NCBI GenBank assembly: GCA_003598025.1
Contig: QZKH01000006.1
Location: 247,930-311,929, forward strand
DNA: 64,000 bases
Source of the DNA: Candidatus Omnitrophota bacterium
GTDB taxonomy: Bacteria; Omnitrophota; Gorgyraeia; Gygaellales; Profunditerraquicolaceae
Reading direction: 5' to 3'
Shown here: in pieces, positions 18,455 to 27,850 of the stretch
How the letters are laid out: each line of letters begins with the position of its first letter
Numbering within the stretch: position 1 is the first letter of the stretch
Notes under the pieces: generated by a model
Told to the model about the DNA's origin: nothing
Database searches by the model: none
Seen by the model: only the letters and a program-made list of their open reading frames with translations
Made by a program: the position numbers and the translations under genes

Positions 18455-19414
18455 ATGTTTTTCTTAAAGTTAAGGATGTGGATGCTTATATCATTATTGT
18501 TCGCGATAGTTTACGCTGCGGTAACCGTAATCGGTTACTATGCCGGGATAAGTAATTTTTACTTTTATTTATTCATCTCAGTATTTTTTATGATAATACA
18601 ATATTTTATGGGCCCAAAGTTGGTGGAATGGTCCATGAAAGTAGAATATGTTGATAGAAAGCAGTATCCCGAACTATTCAGTATGGTAGAAAGCTTGAGC
18701 CGCCAGGCTAATATACCGATGCCTAAGGTGGGGATAGCCAGGATAAATATACCAAATGCCTTTGCTTTCGGCAGGTCGCTTAAAGACGGCAGGATATGCG
18801 TTACCGATGGTATAATAAAATTGCTTGATAAGGATGAGCTAAGAGCGGTCCTTGGCCACGAAATATCTCATTTAAAAAATAAAGATGTTTTAACTATCAC
18901 CCTGTTGTCTGTAATACCTATTGTAATGTATAGGATCGCCTGGCAATTTTTGTTTTATGGCAGGCGCAGGGATGATAGGGGCGGGAACACTGTTTTATTG
19001 GGTATGCTTGCTTTTCTTTTCTATTTTATTACTAATCTTTTGGTTCTCTATGCTTCCAGGATAAGGGAGTATTTTGCCGACCGTGGTTCAATAATGCTTG
19101 GGAACAGACCTGCTGTATTAGCTTCGAGTTTATATAAACTTGTATATGGTTCCGCCCGTATTGATAAAGATTCTCTTAAGGAATCTGAGGGCTTAAAAGC
19201 ATTTTTTGTTAATGATCCGTCTCGGGCAATCAGGGAGATCCGTGAATTGAAGCAATTAGACCTGGATAAAGACGGCTCAATAGATTCTTTTGAACTTGAG
19301 CAGCTTAAAAACAAGAACCTGAAGCTTAATCTCAGCGATAGGTTCATGGAAGCTTTAAGCACTCATCCTAATATGCTTAAAAGGATAAAGCAATTATCCA
19401 GTTACAAAGCATAA
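18455..19414 (+). CDS. htpX: HtpX-family M48 zinc metalloprotease with a C-terminal EF-hand insertion
   Basis: Four TM segments, 'HEISHLKNKD' (HExxH) and the C-terminal 'STHPNMLKRIKQL' motif. The inserted loop 'DLDKDGSIDSFE' fits the canonical 12-residue EF-hand pattern. Confidence 0.8.
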   Translation: MFFLKLRMWMLISLLFAIVYAAVTVIGYYAGISNFYFYLFISVFFMIIQYFMGPKLVEWSMKVEYVDRKQYPELFSMVESLSRQANIPMPKVGIARINIPNAFAFGRSLKDGRICVTDGIIKLLDKDELRAVLGHEISHLKNKDVLTITLLSVIPIVMYRIAWQFLFYGRRRDDRGGNTVLLGMLAFLFYFITNLLVLYASRIREYFADRGSIMLGNRPAVLASSLYKLVYGSARIDKDSLKESEGLKAFFVNDPSRAIREIRELKQLDLDKDGSIDSFELEQLKNKNLKLNLSDRFMEALSTHPNMLKRIKQLSSYKA

Positions 19415-19450
19415 CAAGCTGTAGAATTAAGAGTTAAGGCTGTTTAACCA

Positions 19451-19484
19451 GGGCCAGAATGACCTTCATATCTGGTCCTTTTTT
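19451..19484 (+). terminator. Rho-independent terminator after htpX
   Basis: GGGCCAGA(19451-58) and TCTGGTCC(19471-78) form an 8-bp stem with one G-U pair and a 12-nt loop. It is followed by TTTTTT at 19479-19484. Confidence 0.6.
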
Positions 19485-19580
19485 CTATGAACCATGAACT
19501 ATGAACCCTGCCTACCGCCTATCTACCGACAGGTAGAGCAGACAGGCATGCACTATGAACCAAATAGGCAGGCAGCCCCA
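19485..19580. repeat. Composite intergenic repeat element, copy 2 (reverse orientation)
   Basis: CTATGAA CCATGAA CTATGAA CC at 19485-19507 is the reverse complement of GTTCATA GTTCATG GTTCATA G. It continues CCTGCCTACCG, has the hairpin CTACC-GACA-GGTAG, another CTATGAAC at 19553-60 and then AGGCAGGCAG. It ends 7 nt before the lysS -35 element. Confidence 0.7.
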
Positions 19581-19586
19581 TTCTAA

Positions 19587-19615
19587 TTGACAACTTTTAA
19601 TTTATAATCTATAAT
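19587..19615 (+). promoter_or_regulatory. Consensus sigma70 promoter TTGACA-N17-TATAAT, 9 nt upstream of the lysS ATG (leaderless or near-leaderless transcript)
   Basis: -35 TTGACA at 19587-92, a 17-nt spacer, -10 TATAAT at 19610-15. The lysS ATG is at 19625 and no SD sequence lies between them. Confidence 0.5.
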
Positions 19616-19624
19616 TATAACTCT

Positions 19625-21067
19625 ATGGAAATAAACGAGATTATAGAACAAAGGAAAGATAAGCTTAAAGCCTTAAAAGAAAAAGGCGTGGACCCTTTTA
19701 GGGGTTCTGCTCCTGTTTCCCGGACAGAAATAGCGGCAGTTGTAAACGGTTTCCAGGAAGGGCTTAAAGTGAGTGTGTGCGGCAGAATATTCGCCAAAAG
19801 GCTGCATGGTAAAGTTATATTCTTTGACTTAAGGGATTCAAGCGCGAGGATCCAGCTTTATGCTAAAAAGGATATAATCGGAGATGAAAAATTTGCCTTA
19901 TTGGAGAACCTGGATATCGCAGATATAATAAACGCCGAGGGCCAGCTTTTTAAAACGCATACCTCGGAGGTTACAATTAAACTTGAAAATTTCGTAGTCT
20001 TGTCAAAGGCGCTTCGCCCGCTACCCGAGAAATGGCACGGGTTAAAAGATGTCGAGTTAAGATACCGACAGCGGTACCTTGATATAATTTCAAACGATGA
20101 AGTCAGAGAGGTATTTCTTAAGCGCTCAAAAATTGTCACCTCCATAAGGAAATTCCTGGATGATAAAGGCTTTATTGAGGTTGAGACCCCTATGATGCAA
20201 AATATCGCAGGAGGGGCCGCGGGCAGGCCGTTTAAGACTTTTCATAACGAATATAGCACTGATTTATACCTCAGGATAGCTCCGGAATTATATCTTAAAA
20301 GGCTTCTTGTTGCCGGTATTGATAAAGTGTATGAGATGAACCGTAATTTCCGTAATGAGGGTGTTTCCATAAAACACAATCCGGAATTTACTATGCTTGA
20401 GGTATATTCTGCTTATGCAGACTATAAGGCAATGATGGATTTGACGGAAGAGCTGATTACAAATGCCGCGGAATCAGTTATAGGCAAAACGAAATTTGAT
20501 TATCAGGGAAAAGAAATAGATTTAGCAAGGCCATGGAAGAGATGTTCTTTTGCAGAGATGGTCAAAAGAAAATTTGATATTAACCCCGAAGATGCGTCTG
20601 AGTTAATGTTAAAGAAATTGCACGATAGTGGTTTTGCCAGGGAGGCAACAAAACTTAGCCGTTCCCAGATAGCTAAGATAATAGAAGATGTGCTTGAGCA
20701 GGAGATGGGCGCAAATCCCACTTTTGTAACGGATTATTTTACATATTTATGCCCGCTGGCAAAAACCAGGCAGGATAATCCTCTTTTATCGGAAAGGTTT
20801 GAGCTGTTTATTTCCGGCATGGAAGTCGGTAATGCCTATTCGGAGTTGAACGACCCCATAGAGCAAAGGCAGCGTTTTGAGGAAGAATTAAAGACAATGG
20901 ATAACACCAAGCAAGTTGACCAGGATTTCGTTTTGGCCCTTGAACATGGTATGCCTCCTGCCGGAGGCTTAGGTATAGGCATAGACAGGTTAGTTATGCT
21001 ATTGACTAACCAGCCGTCTATAAGAGACGTCATCCTGTTTCCCTTATTAAGGCCAGAACATTCTTAA
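19625..21067 (+). CDS. lysS: Lysyl-tRNA synthetase, class II
   Basis: The N-terminus 'RKDKLKALKEKGVDPF', the 'RYRQRYLDIISN' block and the class II motifs ('FRNEG', 'GGLGIGIDRLVMLLT') are all present. Confidence 0.9.
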   Translation: MEINEIIEQRKDKLKALKEKGVDPFRGSAPVSRTEIAAVVNGFQEGLKVSVCGRIFAKRLHGKVIFFDLRDSSARIQLYAKKDIIGDEKFALLENLDIADIINAEGQLFKTHTSEVTIKLENFVVLSKALRPLPEKWHGLKDVELRYRQRYLDIISNDEVREVFLKRSKIVTSIRKFLDDKGFIEVETPMMQNIAGGAAGRPFKTFHNEYSTDLYLRIAPELYLKRLLVAGIDKVYEMNRNFRNEGVSIKHNPEFTMLEVYSAYADYKAMMDLTEELITNAAESVIGKTKFDYQGKEIDLARPWKRCSFAEMVKRKFDINPEDASELMLKKLHDSGFAREATKLSRSQIAKIIEDVLEQEMGANPTFVTDYFTYLCPLAKTRQDNPLLSERFELFISGMEVGNAYSELNDPIEQRQRFEEELKTMDNTKQVDQDFVLALEHGMPPAGGLGIGIDRLVMLLTNQPSIRDVILFPLLRPEHS

Positions 21068-21071
21068 TTTC

Positions 21072-22259
21072 ATGAAAGCGGAAATTTTTATCGGCCTCCG
21101 GTATTTATTGACTAAGCGTAAAGAGAAATTTATCTCTTTAATCAGCGTCCTTTCTATGTCGGGGATCGCAATAGGCGTCATGGCTTTGATAGTTGTTATC
21201 GGGGTTATGAACGGTTTTGACAGAGAATTAAGGGATAAAATCGTGGGAAATTTTTCCCATATCACAGTCTTCGGCTATGACGGTATAGAATCAATTTCTG
21301 CCAGCGCCCTGATTAAAGAAATAAGGTCTAACCCCGGGGTCAGGGATGTTTCAGAATATGTGCAGGGCCAGGTGTTGCTTAAAGAGGGTAATGCTATCTT
21401 TGCAGCGGACTTAAAAGGCATAGACCCAGAGCAGGAAATCAAAGTAACAAAAATAAAAGAATATTTAACCAGCGGCGATATCAATAACTTAAGAGGCGAT
21501 GCCGTGATCATCGGCAGAGAGATGGCCCTTTATCTTGGTGTCGGAGTCGGTTCCTATATAGACACGTATTCTTCTCAGGGTAAATTACGCAAGCTTAAGG
21601 TTTGCGGGATATTCAGCTCAGGCATGTATGATTATGATTTAAGGCTGGTATTCGTCAATATAACGACTGCACAGGAAATTTTTGGTATGCCGGATAGGAT
21701 TAGCGCCCTTGCTGTTAAACTGGATAATCTCTATCTTGCAGACAAAATAAAAGCAGAACTTGGTTCAAAGATAGGGCAGGATTACTATCTTAAAACCTGG
21801 ATGCAGTTAAATGAAAATTTCTTTGCCGCCCTTAAGCTGGAAAAGATTACGATGTTTTTAATATTGACGTTGATTATATTTGTGGCTGCTTTTAATATTG
21901 CAAGTACGTTAATAGTGATGGTGGTGGAAAAGACCAAGGATATAGGCGTATTAAGGGCTTTGGGTATGAGCGCCAAGGGAATACGCAATATTTTTACTTT
22001 CGTAGGCCTGTTTATCGGGACTATGGGCACTTTGATCGGAGGCCTTTCGGGGGTAGCTTTGTGCTTTATACTTAAGAAATACCAGTTTATTAGATTGCCA
22101 TCAGTTTATTCCATTGATAAATTGCCGGTATCAATTGTTTTCTGGCCGGACATAGTGGTAATTATCATTTCGGCATTATTTATTACGTTAATGTCAACGA
22201 TATATCCGGCAAGCAAGGCTGCAGGTTTTAAGCCGGTAGAAGCACTGCGTTACGAATAA
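21072..22259 (+). CDS. lolE: Lipoprotein-release ABC permease LolC/E (FtsX-like)
   Basis: Four TM helices with a large periplasmic loop and MacB/FtsX-like C-terminal TMs. It sits adjacent to lolD. Confidence 0.75.
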   Translation: MKAEIFIGLRYLLTKRKEKFISLISVLSMSGIAIGVMALIVVIGVMNGFDRELRDKIVGNFSHITVFGYDGIESISASALIKEIRSNPGVRDVSEYVQGQVLLKEGNAIFAADLKGIDPEQEIKVTKIKEYLTSGDINNLRGDAVIIGREMALYLGVGVGSYIDTYSSQGKLRKLKVCGIFSSGMYDYDLRLVFVNITTAQEIFGMPDRISALAVKLDNLYLADKIKAELGSKIGQDYYLKTWMQLNENFFAALKLEKITMFLILTLIIFVAAFNIASTLIVMVVEKTKDIGVLRALGMSAKGIRNIFTFVGLFIGTMGTLIGGLSGVALCFILKKYQFIRLPSVYSIDKLPVSIVFWPDIVVIIISALFITLMSTIYPASKAAGFKPVEALRYE

Positions 22260-22264
22260 CAACC

Positions 22265-22942
22265 ATGATAGAGGCCAAAGGAATTTATAAAAATTATATC
22301 ATAGACAGTAATAGGCTTGAGATACTTAAGGGCATAGATTTAAATGTTAAAAAAGGGGAGTTTATAACGATTGTCGGTCCTTCGGGAGCCGGCAAATCTA
22401 CTCTCCTGCATATCCTCGGAGGCTTAGATTCACCAAGCGAGGGTAAGGTGTCAATAGGCGGCCAGGATATTTACAGGATGGATGACCAGAAGATATCAAG
22501 GGTGAGGAATCAGAAAATAGGATTTGTTTTTCAGTTTTACCACTTGCTTTCCGAATTTACTGTTTTAGAAAATGCAGTATTACCTGTTTTTTTTAACGGT
22601 TCTTATACTAAGCCGCAGGCAGCAGAGATAAGAAATAAGGCGATCGGGCTTTTTGCTAATGTCGGCCTTTCAAACAGATTGAACCATTTCCCTATGCAGC
22701 TTTCCGGAGGTGAGAAGCAGAGGGTAGCCATTGTAAGGGCGTTGATGAATGACCCGCAGGTTTTATTATGCGACGAACCTACCGGTAATCTGGATTCAGC
22801 TTCCGGTAACCAGATAATGTCATTAATTAAAGACGTAAATTTAAAATCCAAGATGACAGTTATCCTGGTTACTCATAATCAGGAGCTGGCAAGTTTGGGT
22901 AACAGGATTTTTAATCTTAAAGACGGTGTTTTATTGAATTAA
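22265..22942 (+). CDS. lolD: Lipoprotein-release ABC ATPase
   Basis: Walker A 'GPSGAGKST', signature 'LSGGEKQRVAIVRAL' and Walker B 'LLCDEPTGNLD'. Confidence 0.85.
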   Translation: MIEAKGIYKNYIIDSNRLEILKGIDLNVKKGEFITIVGPSGAGKSTLLHILGGLDSPSEGKVSIGGQDIYRMDDQKISRVRNQKIGFVFQFYHLLSEFTVLENAVLPVFFNGSYTKPQAAEIRNKAIGLFANVGLSNRLNHFPMQLSGGEKQRVAIVRALMNDPQVLLCDEPTGNLDSASGNQIMSLIKDVNLKSKMTVILVTHNQELASLGNRIFNLKDGVLLN

Positions 22943-22960
22943 GGCGCAAAAGGAGAGTAT

Positions 22961-23830
22961 ATGCAAATTTATATTAATGGTAAGTTTTATAGCAGGAAAG
23001 AAGCCAAGATTTCAGTGTTTGACCACGGCCTTTTATATGGTGATGGGGTTTTTGAAGGCATCAGGTCTTACAGGCGACGGGTTTTTAAGCTGAAAGAGCA
23101 TATCGACAGGCTATATGAATCCGCGCATAGCATAATGCTGCCGATGCGGATGTCAAGAGATGAATTGTCCAGAGCCGTGGTAGCAACGCTTAAGAAGAAC
23201 GACCTTGATAATGCATATATCAGGCTCATTGTTACCAGGGGTGAGGGGGATTTGGGTTTGGACCCGCGTAAATGCTACGGTAACTCCACGATTATTATTA
23301 TCGCCGATAAAATTGCTCTTTATCCCGAGAAATTTTACAAACAGGGCCTTTCTATAATTTCCGTTCCGACTGTGCGTAATCTCCCTGAGGCATTGAATCC
23401 GCAGATCAAATCTTTGAATTATCTCAACAATATATTGGCAAAGATCGAAGCTGCAAACAGCGGTTATGATGAGGCGATAATGCTTGATTCATTAGGATAT
23501 GTAGCCGAATGCACAGGAGATAATTTATTTATCGTGAAGAAGAACGAGCTCTATACGCCTCCGCAGTGCATGGGTACCTTAAGAGGTATTACCAGGGATG
23601 CCATTATTGATATCGCCAAAAGTGCCAGGATCCCTGTCCATGAACATGTTATCACCCGGCATGAAGTCTTTATTTCGGATGAATGTTTCTTGACCGGCAC
23701 TGCTGCTGAAGTAATCCCGGTTGTTAAGGTTGATGGCAGGGTTATCGGCTCAGGTGCTCCGGGCGCAGTTACCTTAAGGTTGATGAAAAAGTTCAGAGAA
23801 TTAACTAAAACTGACGGAGTAAAATACTGA
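22961..23830 (+). CDS. ilvE: Branched-chain amino acid aminotransferase (PLP fold type IV)
   Basis: 'GDGVFEGIRSY' and 'GDNLFIVKKNELYTPP...LRGITRD...LTGTAAEVIPVVKVDGRVIG' align with E. coli IlvE motifs. The 289-aa length fits. Confidence 0.75.
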   Translation: MQIYINGKFYSRKEAKISVFDHGLLYGDGVFEGIRSYRRRVFKLKEHIDRLYESAHSIMLPMRMSRDELSRAVVATLKKNDLDNAYIRLIVTRGEGDLGLDPRKCYGNSTIIIIADKIALYPEKFYKQGLSIISVPTVRNLPEALNPQIKSLNYLNNILAKIEAANSGYDEAIMLDSLGYVAECTGDNLFIVKKNELYTPPQCMGTLRGITRDAIIDIAKSARIPVHEHVITRHEVFISDECFLTGTAAEVIPVVKVDGRVIGSGAPGAVTLRLMKKFRELTKTDGVKY

Positions 23831-23842
23831 GAGGATTATATT

Positions 23843-24373
23843 ATGTTGTGTGATATCTGTGGTAAGAATACCGCTACGGTGCACCTCACGGAAATAATTG
23901 ATGAAAAGATGAATGAGCTGCATCTTTGCGAGGACTGTGCAAGGCAAAAGAGCGCGCAGATGGAACAGCAGTTCGGGCTTAGCGAACTATTGGCGGGTTT
24001 GGCGGAATTTGAAAAGCCAGCACAGGATAAAGAAGCAGTTTCAGCCAAGTGTTCGAATTGCGGCCTGAGTTATTCAGATTTTAAGAAGATCGGCAGGCTC
24101 GGCTGCGGTGAGTGTTATACCTCTTTCAAGAAATACCTGGCCCCGTTGCTTAAAAGGATACACGGTTCCAGTTCTCATTTCGGGAAGTCGCCATTTCCCG
24201 CTCCAAAACAGTCGTTAGCAGAAAAGGACCAGGTTGCCGAGTTGCGCTTGAAGTTGCAAAAAGCAATAGAGTCAGAGGCTTTTGAGGACGCAGCCAGAAT
24301 ACGGGACCAAATAAAAGAGCTGGAAAAAACACAAGGAAGATCAGAGGCTAAAAATGGCAATAAGAATAAATGA
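23843..24373 (+). CDS. mcsA: McsA-like activator of protein arginine kinase (zinc-finger pairs plus UVR domain)
   Basis: Cys pairs 'CDICGK...CEDCARQ' and 'CSNCG...CGECY', followed by a UVR-like C-terminus 'AELRLKLQKAIESEAFEDAARIRDQIKELE'. It lies immediately upstream of mcsB. Confidence 0.75.
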   Translation: MLCDICGKNTATVHLTEIIDEKMNELHLCEDCARQKSAQMEQQFGLSELLAGLAEFEKPAQDKEAVSAKCSNCGLSYSDFKKIGRLGCGECYTSFKKYLAPLLKRIHGSSSHFGKSPFPAPKQSLAEKDQVAELRLKLQKAIESEAFEDAARIRDQIKELEKTQGRSEAKNGNKNK

Positions 24374-25415
24374 CCTGTTAAATCATACAAGCGAATGGCT
24401 AAAAGGTACCGGGCCAAGTTCTGAAATTGTAATTTCCAGCAGGGTACGCCTTGCAAGGAATCTTGATCAGGCGCCTTTCCCGCACCATGCAAATAAGAAA
24501 CAGGCTGAAGATAACCTTGCTGTTATAGAGAACGCAATAATGAAAAATAATATGTTAAAAGGTGTTACTATCTTCAAGCTTTCGGAATTAGACAGCGTTG
24601 ACAAGGATTTTCTTGTTGAAAGGCACCTTATGTCTCATGAGCATGCCCAGAAAACCAATTCCAAGGCTTTGGTCATTGACCCGGAAGAGATAGTTTCTAT
24701 CATGATAAATGAAGAAGACCATATAAGGTTTCAGGTCATGCAGTCAGGGTTTAATTTGTTCGAAGCTTGGAACATAATAAATAAGATTGATGATGAATTG
24801 TCTAAAGACCTGAAATTTGCCTTTTCCCGGGAGTGGGGGTACCTTACTGCTTGTCCTACTAATACCGGCACCGGTATGCGCGGCTCAGTTATGCTGCATT
24901 TGCCCGCCCTGGTTATCACCAGGCAGATAAGCAGGATACTTGCCGCGATATCTAAATTAAGTTTTACAACCCGCGGATTATATGGAGAGGGTACTGAAGC
25001 TACTGGTAATTTCTTCCAAATTTCCAATCAGGTATCCTTAGGTCATAGCGAAATGGAAGTACTTGAGAATATAAATAGCCTTATTAAGCAGGTAATTGAG
25101 CAGGAAACACAGGCCAGGCAAGTGTTACTTTCTCAGGGAAGGTCCATGCTTGAAGACAGGATCAGCCGCAGTTTCGGCATACTTAAAAGCGCCCATATTA
25201 TTTCCAGCAAGGAAACAACCGAACTTTTATCGATGGTTAGGCTGGGATGCGATCTGGGCATAATCAAAAATATCGACCGCCGGTCAATAAACGAATTATT
25301 TATTATTACCCAGCCGGCGCATTTACAGAAGCTGGAGAATAAAAAGCTTTCTTCTCAGGAAAGAGATACCAAAAGGGCAGAGATAGTAAGGAATAAGTTA
25401 AAAGACAGCTCGTAA
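24354..25415 (+). CDS. mcsB: Protein arginine kinase (ATP:guanido phosphotransferase family)
   Basis: '[22 protein letters not shown]' is the guanidino-kinase active-site Cys block, and the 353-aa length fits. Confidence 0.85.
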   Translation: MAIRINDLLNHTSEWLKGTGPSSEIVISSRVRLARNLDQAPFPHHANKKQAEDNLAVIENAIMKNNMLKGVTIFKLSELDSVDKDFLVERHLMSHEHAQKTNSKALVIDPEEIVSIMINEEDHIRFQVMQSGFNLFEAWNIINKIDDELSKDLKFAFSREWGYLTACPTNTGTGMRGSVMLHLPALVITRQISRILAAISKLSFTTRGLYGEGTEATGNFFQISNQVSLGHSEMEVLENINSLIKQVIEQETQARQVLLSQGRSMLEDRISRSFGILKSAHIISSKETTELLSMVRLGCDLGIIKNIDRRSINELFIITQPAHLQKLENKKLSSQERDTKRAEIVRNKLKDSS

Positions 25416-25438
25416 AGATATACATAATAGGAGGAGTA

Positions 25439-27850
25439 ATGTTTAACAGGTTCACAGAAAGAGCAAGAAAAGTAATCATTTTAGCTAAAGAAGAAGCCAG
25501 GCGTTTTAATCATGATTATATAGGCACTGAGCATATACTTCTTGGTTTGATCCGCGAAGGCGAAGGTGTAGCTGCAGCTGTTCTACAGAAGCTGGGGTTG
25601 TCTTTGGAGAACATACGCCTTGAGATAGAAAAACTCGTACAACCCGGGCCTACTACCCAGATAATCGGGGACATCCCTTTTACTCCCAGGTCGAAGAAGG
25701 CGCTTGAGCTTGCTGCAGAAGAGGCGCGTTCTTTAGGGCATAATTATATAGGCACTGAGCATATACTTCTTGGTTTGATCCGCGAAGGCGAAGGTGTAGC
25801 TTCGCAGGTACTTTTAAATCTGGGAGTGGATCTTAATACCGTGCGCAATGAGATCATGGAAGTCTTGGGGTCGGCCCTTCCCGGCTTTGGCCAGCAGCAG
25901 TCTAAAAGCAAAACGCCTGCACTGGATGCTTTCGGCAGGGACCTTACACAATTGGCTAAAGCAAACAAATTAGACCCGGTTATCGACAGGCACCAGGAGA
26001 TAGAAAGAGTTATACAGGTTTTGAGCAGGCGTACCAAGAATAATCCTGTTTTACTCGGTGAAGCAGGGGTAGGTAAGACTGCTATAGTCGAAGGCTTGGC
26101 ACAGTCTATTGTTTCTGGGAATGTCCCGGAGATATTGAGGAATAAGAGGATTGTGGTTTTAGATTTGGCAATGATGATCGCTGGAACAAAATACCGCGGC
26201 CAGTTTGAGGAAAGGATAAAAGCGGTAATGGAAGAGATCAAGCGTTCACAGGATGTAATCATTTTTATTGATGAGTTGCATACTTTAGTCGGAGCCGGTG
26301 CTGCCGAAGGAGCAATTGATGCTTCCAATATTCTCAAGCCCGCACTTTCACGCGGCGAGATACAGTGTATCGGAGCCACAACCATGGATGAATACAGGAA
26401 GTATATTGAGAAAGATGCTGCGCTTGAGAGGCGTTTCCAAACTATAATGGTAGAGCCGCCCTCTGTCCTGCAGACCGTAGAGATACTTAAGGGCTTAAGA
26501 GATAAATATGAGGCTCACCATCGGGTTACTTTTAAGGATGAGGCTTTAGAAGCTGCTGCAAAATTATCAGACCGGTATATCACGGGCAGGTTTTTGCCTG
26601 ATAAGGCGATTGATTTGATTGATGAGGCCGGTTCGCGCTCAAGGTTAAATGTTTTAGTCGTCCCTCCGGAAATAAAAGAGTTAGAAAAAAAGGTCGAGGT
26701 CTTAAAGAAGGAAAAAGAAGCTTATATCAAGAGCCAGGATTTTGAGAAAGCAGCTTCATTGCGTGACCAGGAGAGGCAGGCAAGGCTGGAACTGGAAGAG
26801 TTGAATCAGAAATGGGGGCAGACAAAAGACAGGACCAGGCCTGAGGTCGCGGAGGAAGATATCGCAAGGATTGTTTCTCAGTGGACAGGCATACCGATAT
26901 TCCGCCTTGAAGAAAAAGAAAGCGAAAAGCTTCTTAAGATTGAAGAAGTCTTACATAACAGGGTTATCGGTCAGAATGAGGCGATCTCTGCTATAGCAAA
27001 TGCGATAAGGCGTTCAAGGGCAGGTATAAAAGACCCAAAGAGGCCTATAGGTTCTTTTATATTCTTAGGCCCTACCGGTGTCGGCAAGACTTTGCTTGCC
27101 AGGGCACTGGCAGAGTTTATGTTCGGCGATGAGGATGCACTCCTGCAGCTGGATATGTCTGAGTATATGGAGAAATTTAATGTTTCCCGTTTAGTAGGCG
27201 CACCTCCGGGTTATGTAGGTTATGAAGAAGGAGGGCAACTGACTGAAAGGGTCAGAAGAAGGCCTTATGCAGTTATTCTCTTTGATGAGATCGAGAAGGC
27301 GCATCCGGATGTTTTTAATCTTTTGCTGCAGGTTTTTGAAGAAGGCAGGCTTACTGATAGCTTTGGCAGAAAAGTGGATTTCAGAAACACGGTCATTATT
27401 ATGACCTCAAATGTCGGAGCGGAGCTGATTAAAAAGAGCGTTTCTTTGGGTTTTAAAGCGCAAAAAGAAGAGGTTACTTACGAGGAGATGAAAGATAAGC
27501 TTCTTGAAGAGGTTAAAAAAACCTTTAAGCCTGAGTTCATCAACCGCGTAGATGATATTATAGTGTTTAGGTCGTTATTAAGGGCAGATCTTGAGAAGAT
27601 CGTTGATCTTGAAGTAGGCCATGTTGCTGATAGGTTAAAAGATAAAAATATAAAGCTTGATATCCGTCCGGATGCCAAAGATTTTATAATCGAGAAAGGT
27701 TTTGATCCGGTATTCGGGGCAAGGCCGTTAAAGAGGATAATACAGAGGTTCCTTGAGGATCCCTTAGCTTCTGAAATAATCTCAGGCAGGTTCAAGGACG
27801 GAGCCACTGTCCGAGTTTCCCGTAAAAATGAGGAGCTAGTTTTAGAATGA
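25439..27850 (+). CDS. clpC: ATP-dependent Clp protease ATP-binding subunit ClpC (class III AAA+)
   Basis: Two Clp_N repeats, AAA1 with 'GEAGVGKTA', a UVR-like linker and AAA2 with 'GPTGVGKT'. Total length 803 aa. Confidence 0.9.
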   Translation: MFNRFTERARKVIILAKEEARRFNHDYIGTEHILLGLIREGEGVAAAVLQKLGLSLENIRLEIEKLVQPGPTTQIIGDIPFTPRSKKALELAAEEARSLGHNYIGTEHILLGLIREGEGVASQVLLNLGVDLNTVRNEIMEVLGSALPGFGQQQSKSKTPALDAFGRDLTQLAKANKLDPVIDRHQEIERVIQVLSRRTKNNPVLLGEAGVGKTAIVEGLAQSIVSGNVPEILRNKRIVVLDLAMMIAGTKYRGQFEERIKAVMEEIKRSQDVIIFIDELHTLVGAGAAEGAIDASNILKPALSRGEIQCIGATTMDEYRKYIEKDAALERRFQTIMVEPPSVLQTVEILKGLRDKYEAHHRVTFKDEALEAAAKLSDRYITGRFLPDKAIDLIDEAGSRSRLNVLVVPPEIKELEKKVEVLKKEKEAYIKSQDFEKAASLRDQERQARLELEELNQKWGQTKDRTRPEVAEEDIARIVSQWTGIPIFRLEEKESEKLLKIEEVLHNRVIGQNEAISAIANAIRRSRAGIKDPKRPIGSFIFLGPTGVGKTLLARALAEFMFGDEDALLQLDMSEYMEKFNVSRLVGAPPGYVGYEEGGQLTERVRRRPYAVILFDEIEKAHPDVFNLLLQVFEEGRLTDSFGRKVDFRNTVIIMTSNVGAELIKKSVSLGFKAQKEEVTYEEMKDKLLEEVKKTFKPEFINRVDDIIVFRSLLRADLEKIVDLEVGHVADRLKDKNIKLDIRPDAKDFIIEKGFDPVFGARPLKRIIQRFLEDPLASEIISGRFKDGATVRVSRKNEELVLE
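25515..25573 (+). repeat. 59-bp perfect direct repeat, copy 1 (Clp_N repeat 1 coding sequence)
   Basis: Identical 59-mer at 25515-25573 and 25743-25801. With flanks the match is 62/63 bp over 25511-25573 versus 25739-25801. Confidence 0.9.
25743..25801 (+). repeat. 59-bp perfect direct repeat, copy 2 (Clp_N repeat 2 coding sequence)
   Basis: Encodes '[19 protein letters not shown]', as does copy 1. Confidence 0.9.

Noticed and set aside
19415-19624. Possible lysine riboswitch (L-box) or tRNA gene in the 210-nt htpX-lysS spacer. GGTTCATAG superficially resembles a T-arm GGTTCGA.
   Set aside because: No L-box conserved helices or G-A motifs are present. No tRNA cloverleaf can be drawn (no acceptor / T-loop GTTCRANYC / anticodon arm). 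The sequence is instead explained by the heptad repeat element, a terminator and a promoter.
23800-23842. CtsR operator (GGTCAAA heptad direct repeat) or ctsR gene upstream of mcsA.
   Set aside because: mcsA begins 12 nt after ilvE, so there is no room for an operator. No ORF resembling the CtsR wHTH lies upstream. The GTTCATR heptads elsewhere are only loosely similar to the CtsR box.
25744-26385. 213-aa minus-strand ORF inside clpC. Similar long antisense ORFs occur inside radA (30786-31445), fabH (58774-59262), thiL (43239-43769) and yacL (32248-32778).
   Set aside because: Each is entirely embedded antisense to a strongly supported conserved gene. They have no recognisable motifs or RBS. 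Such shadow ORFs are typical of the AT-rich complementary strand.
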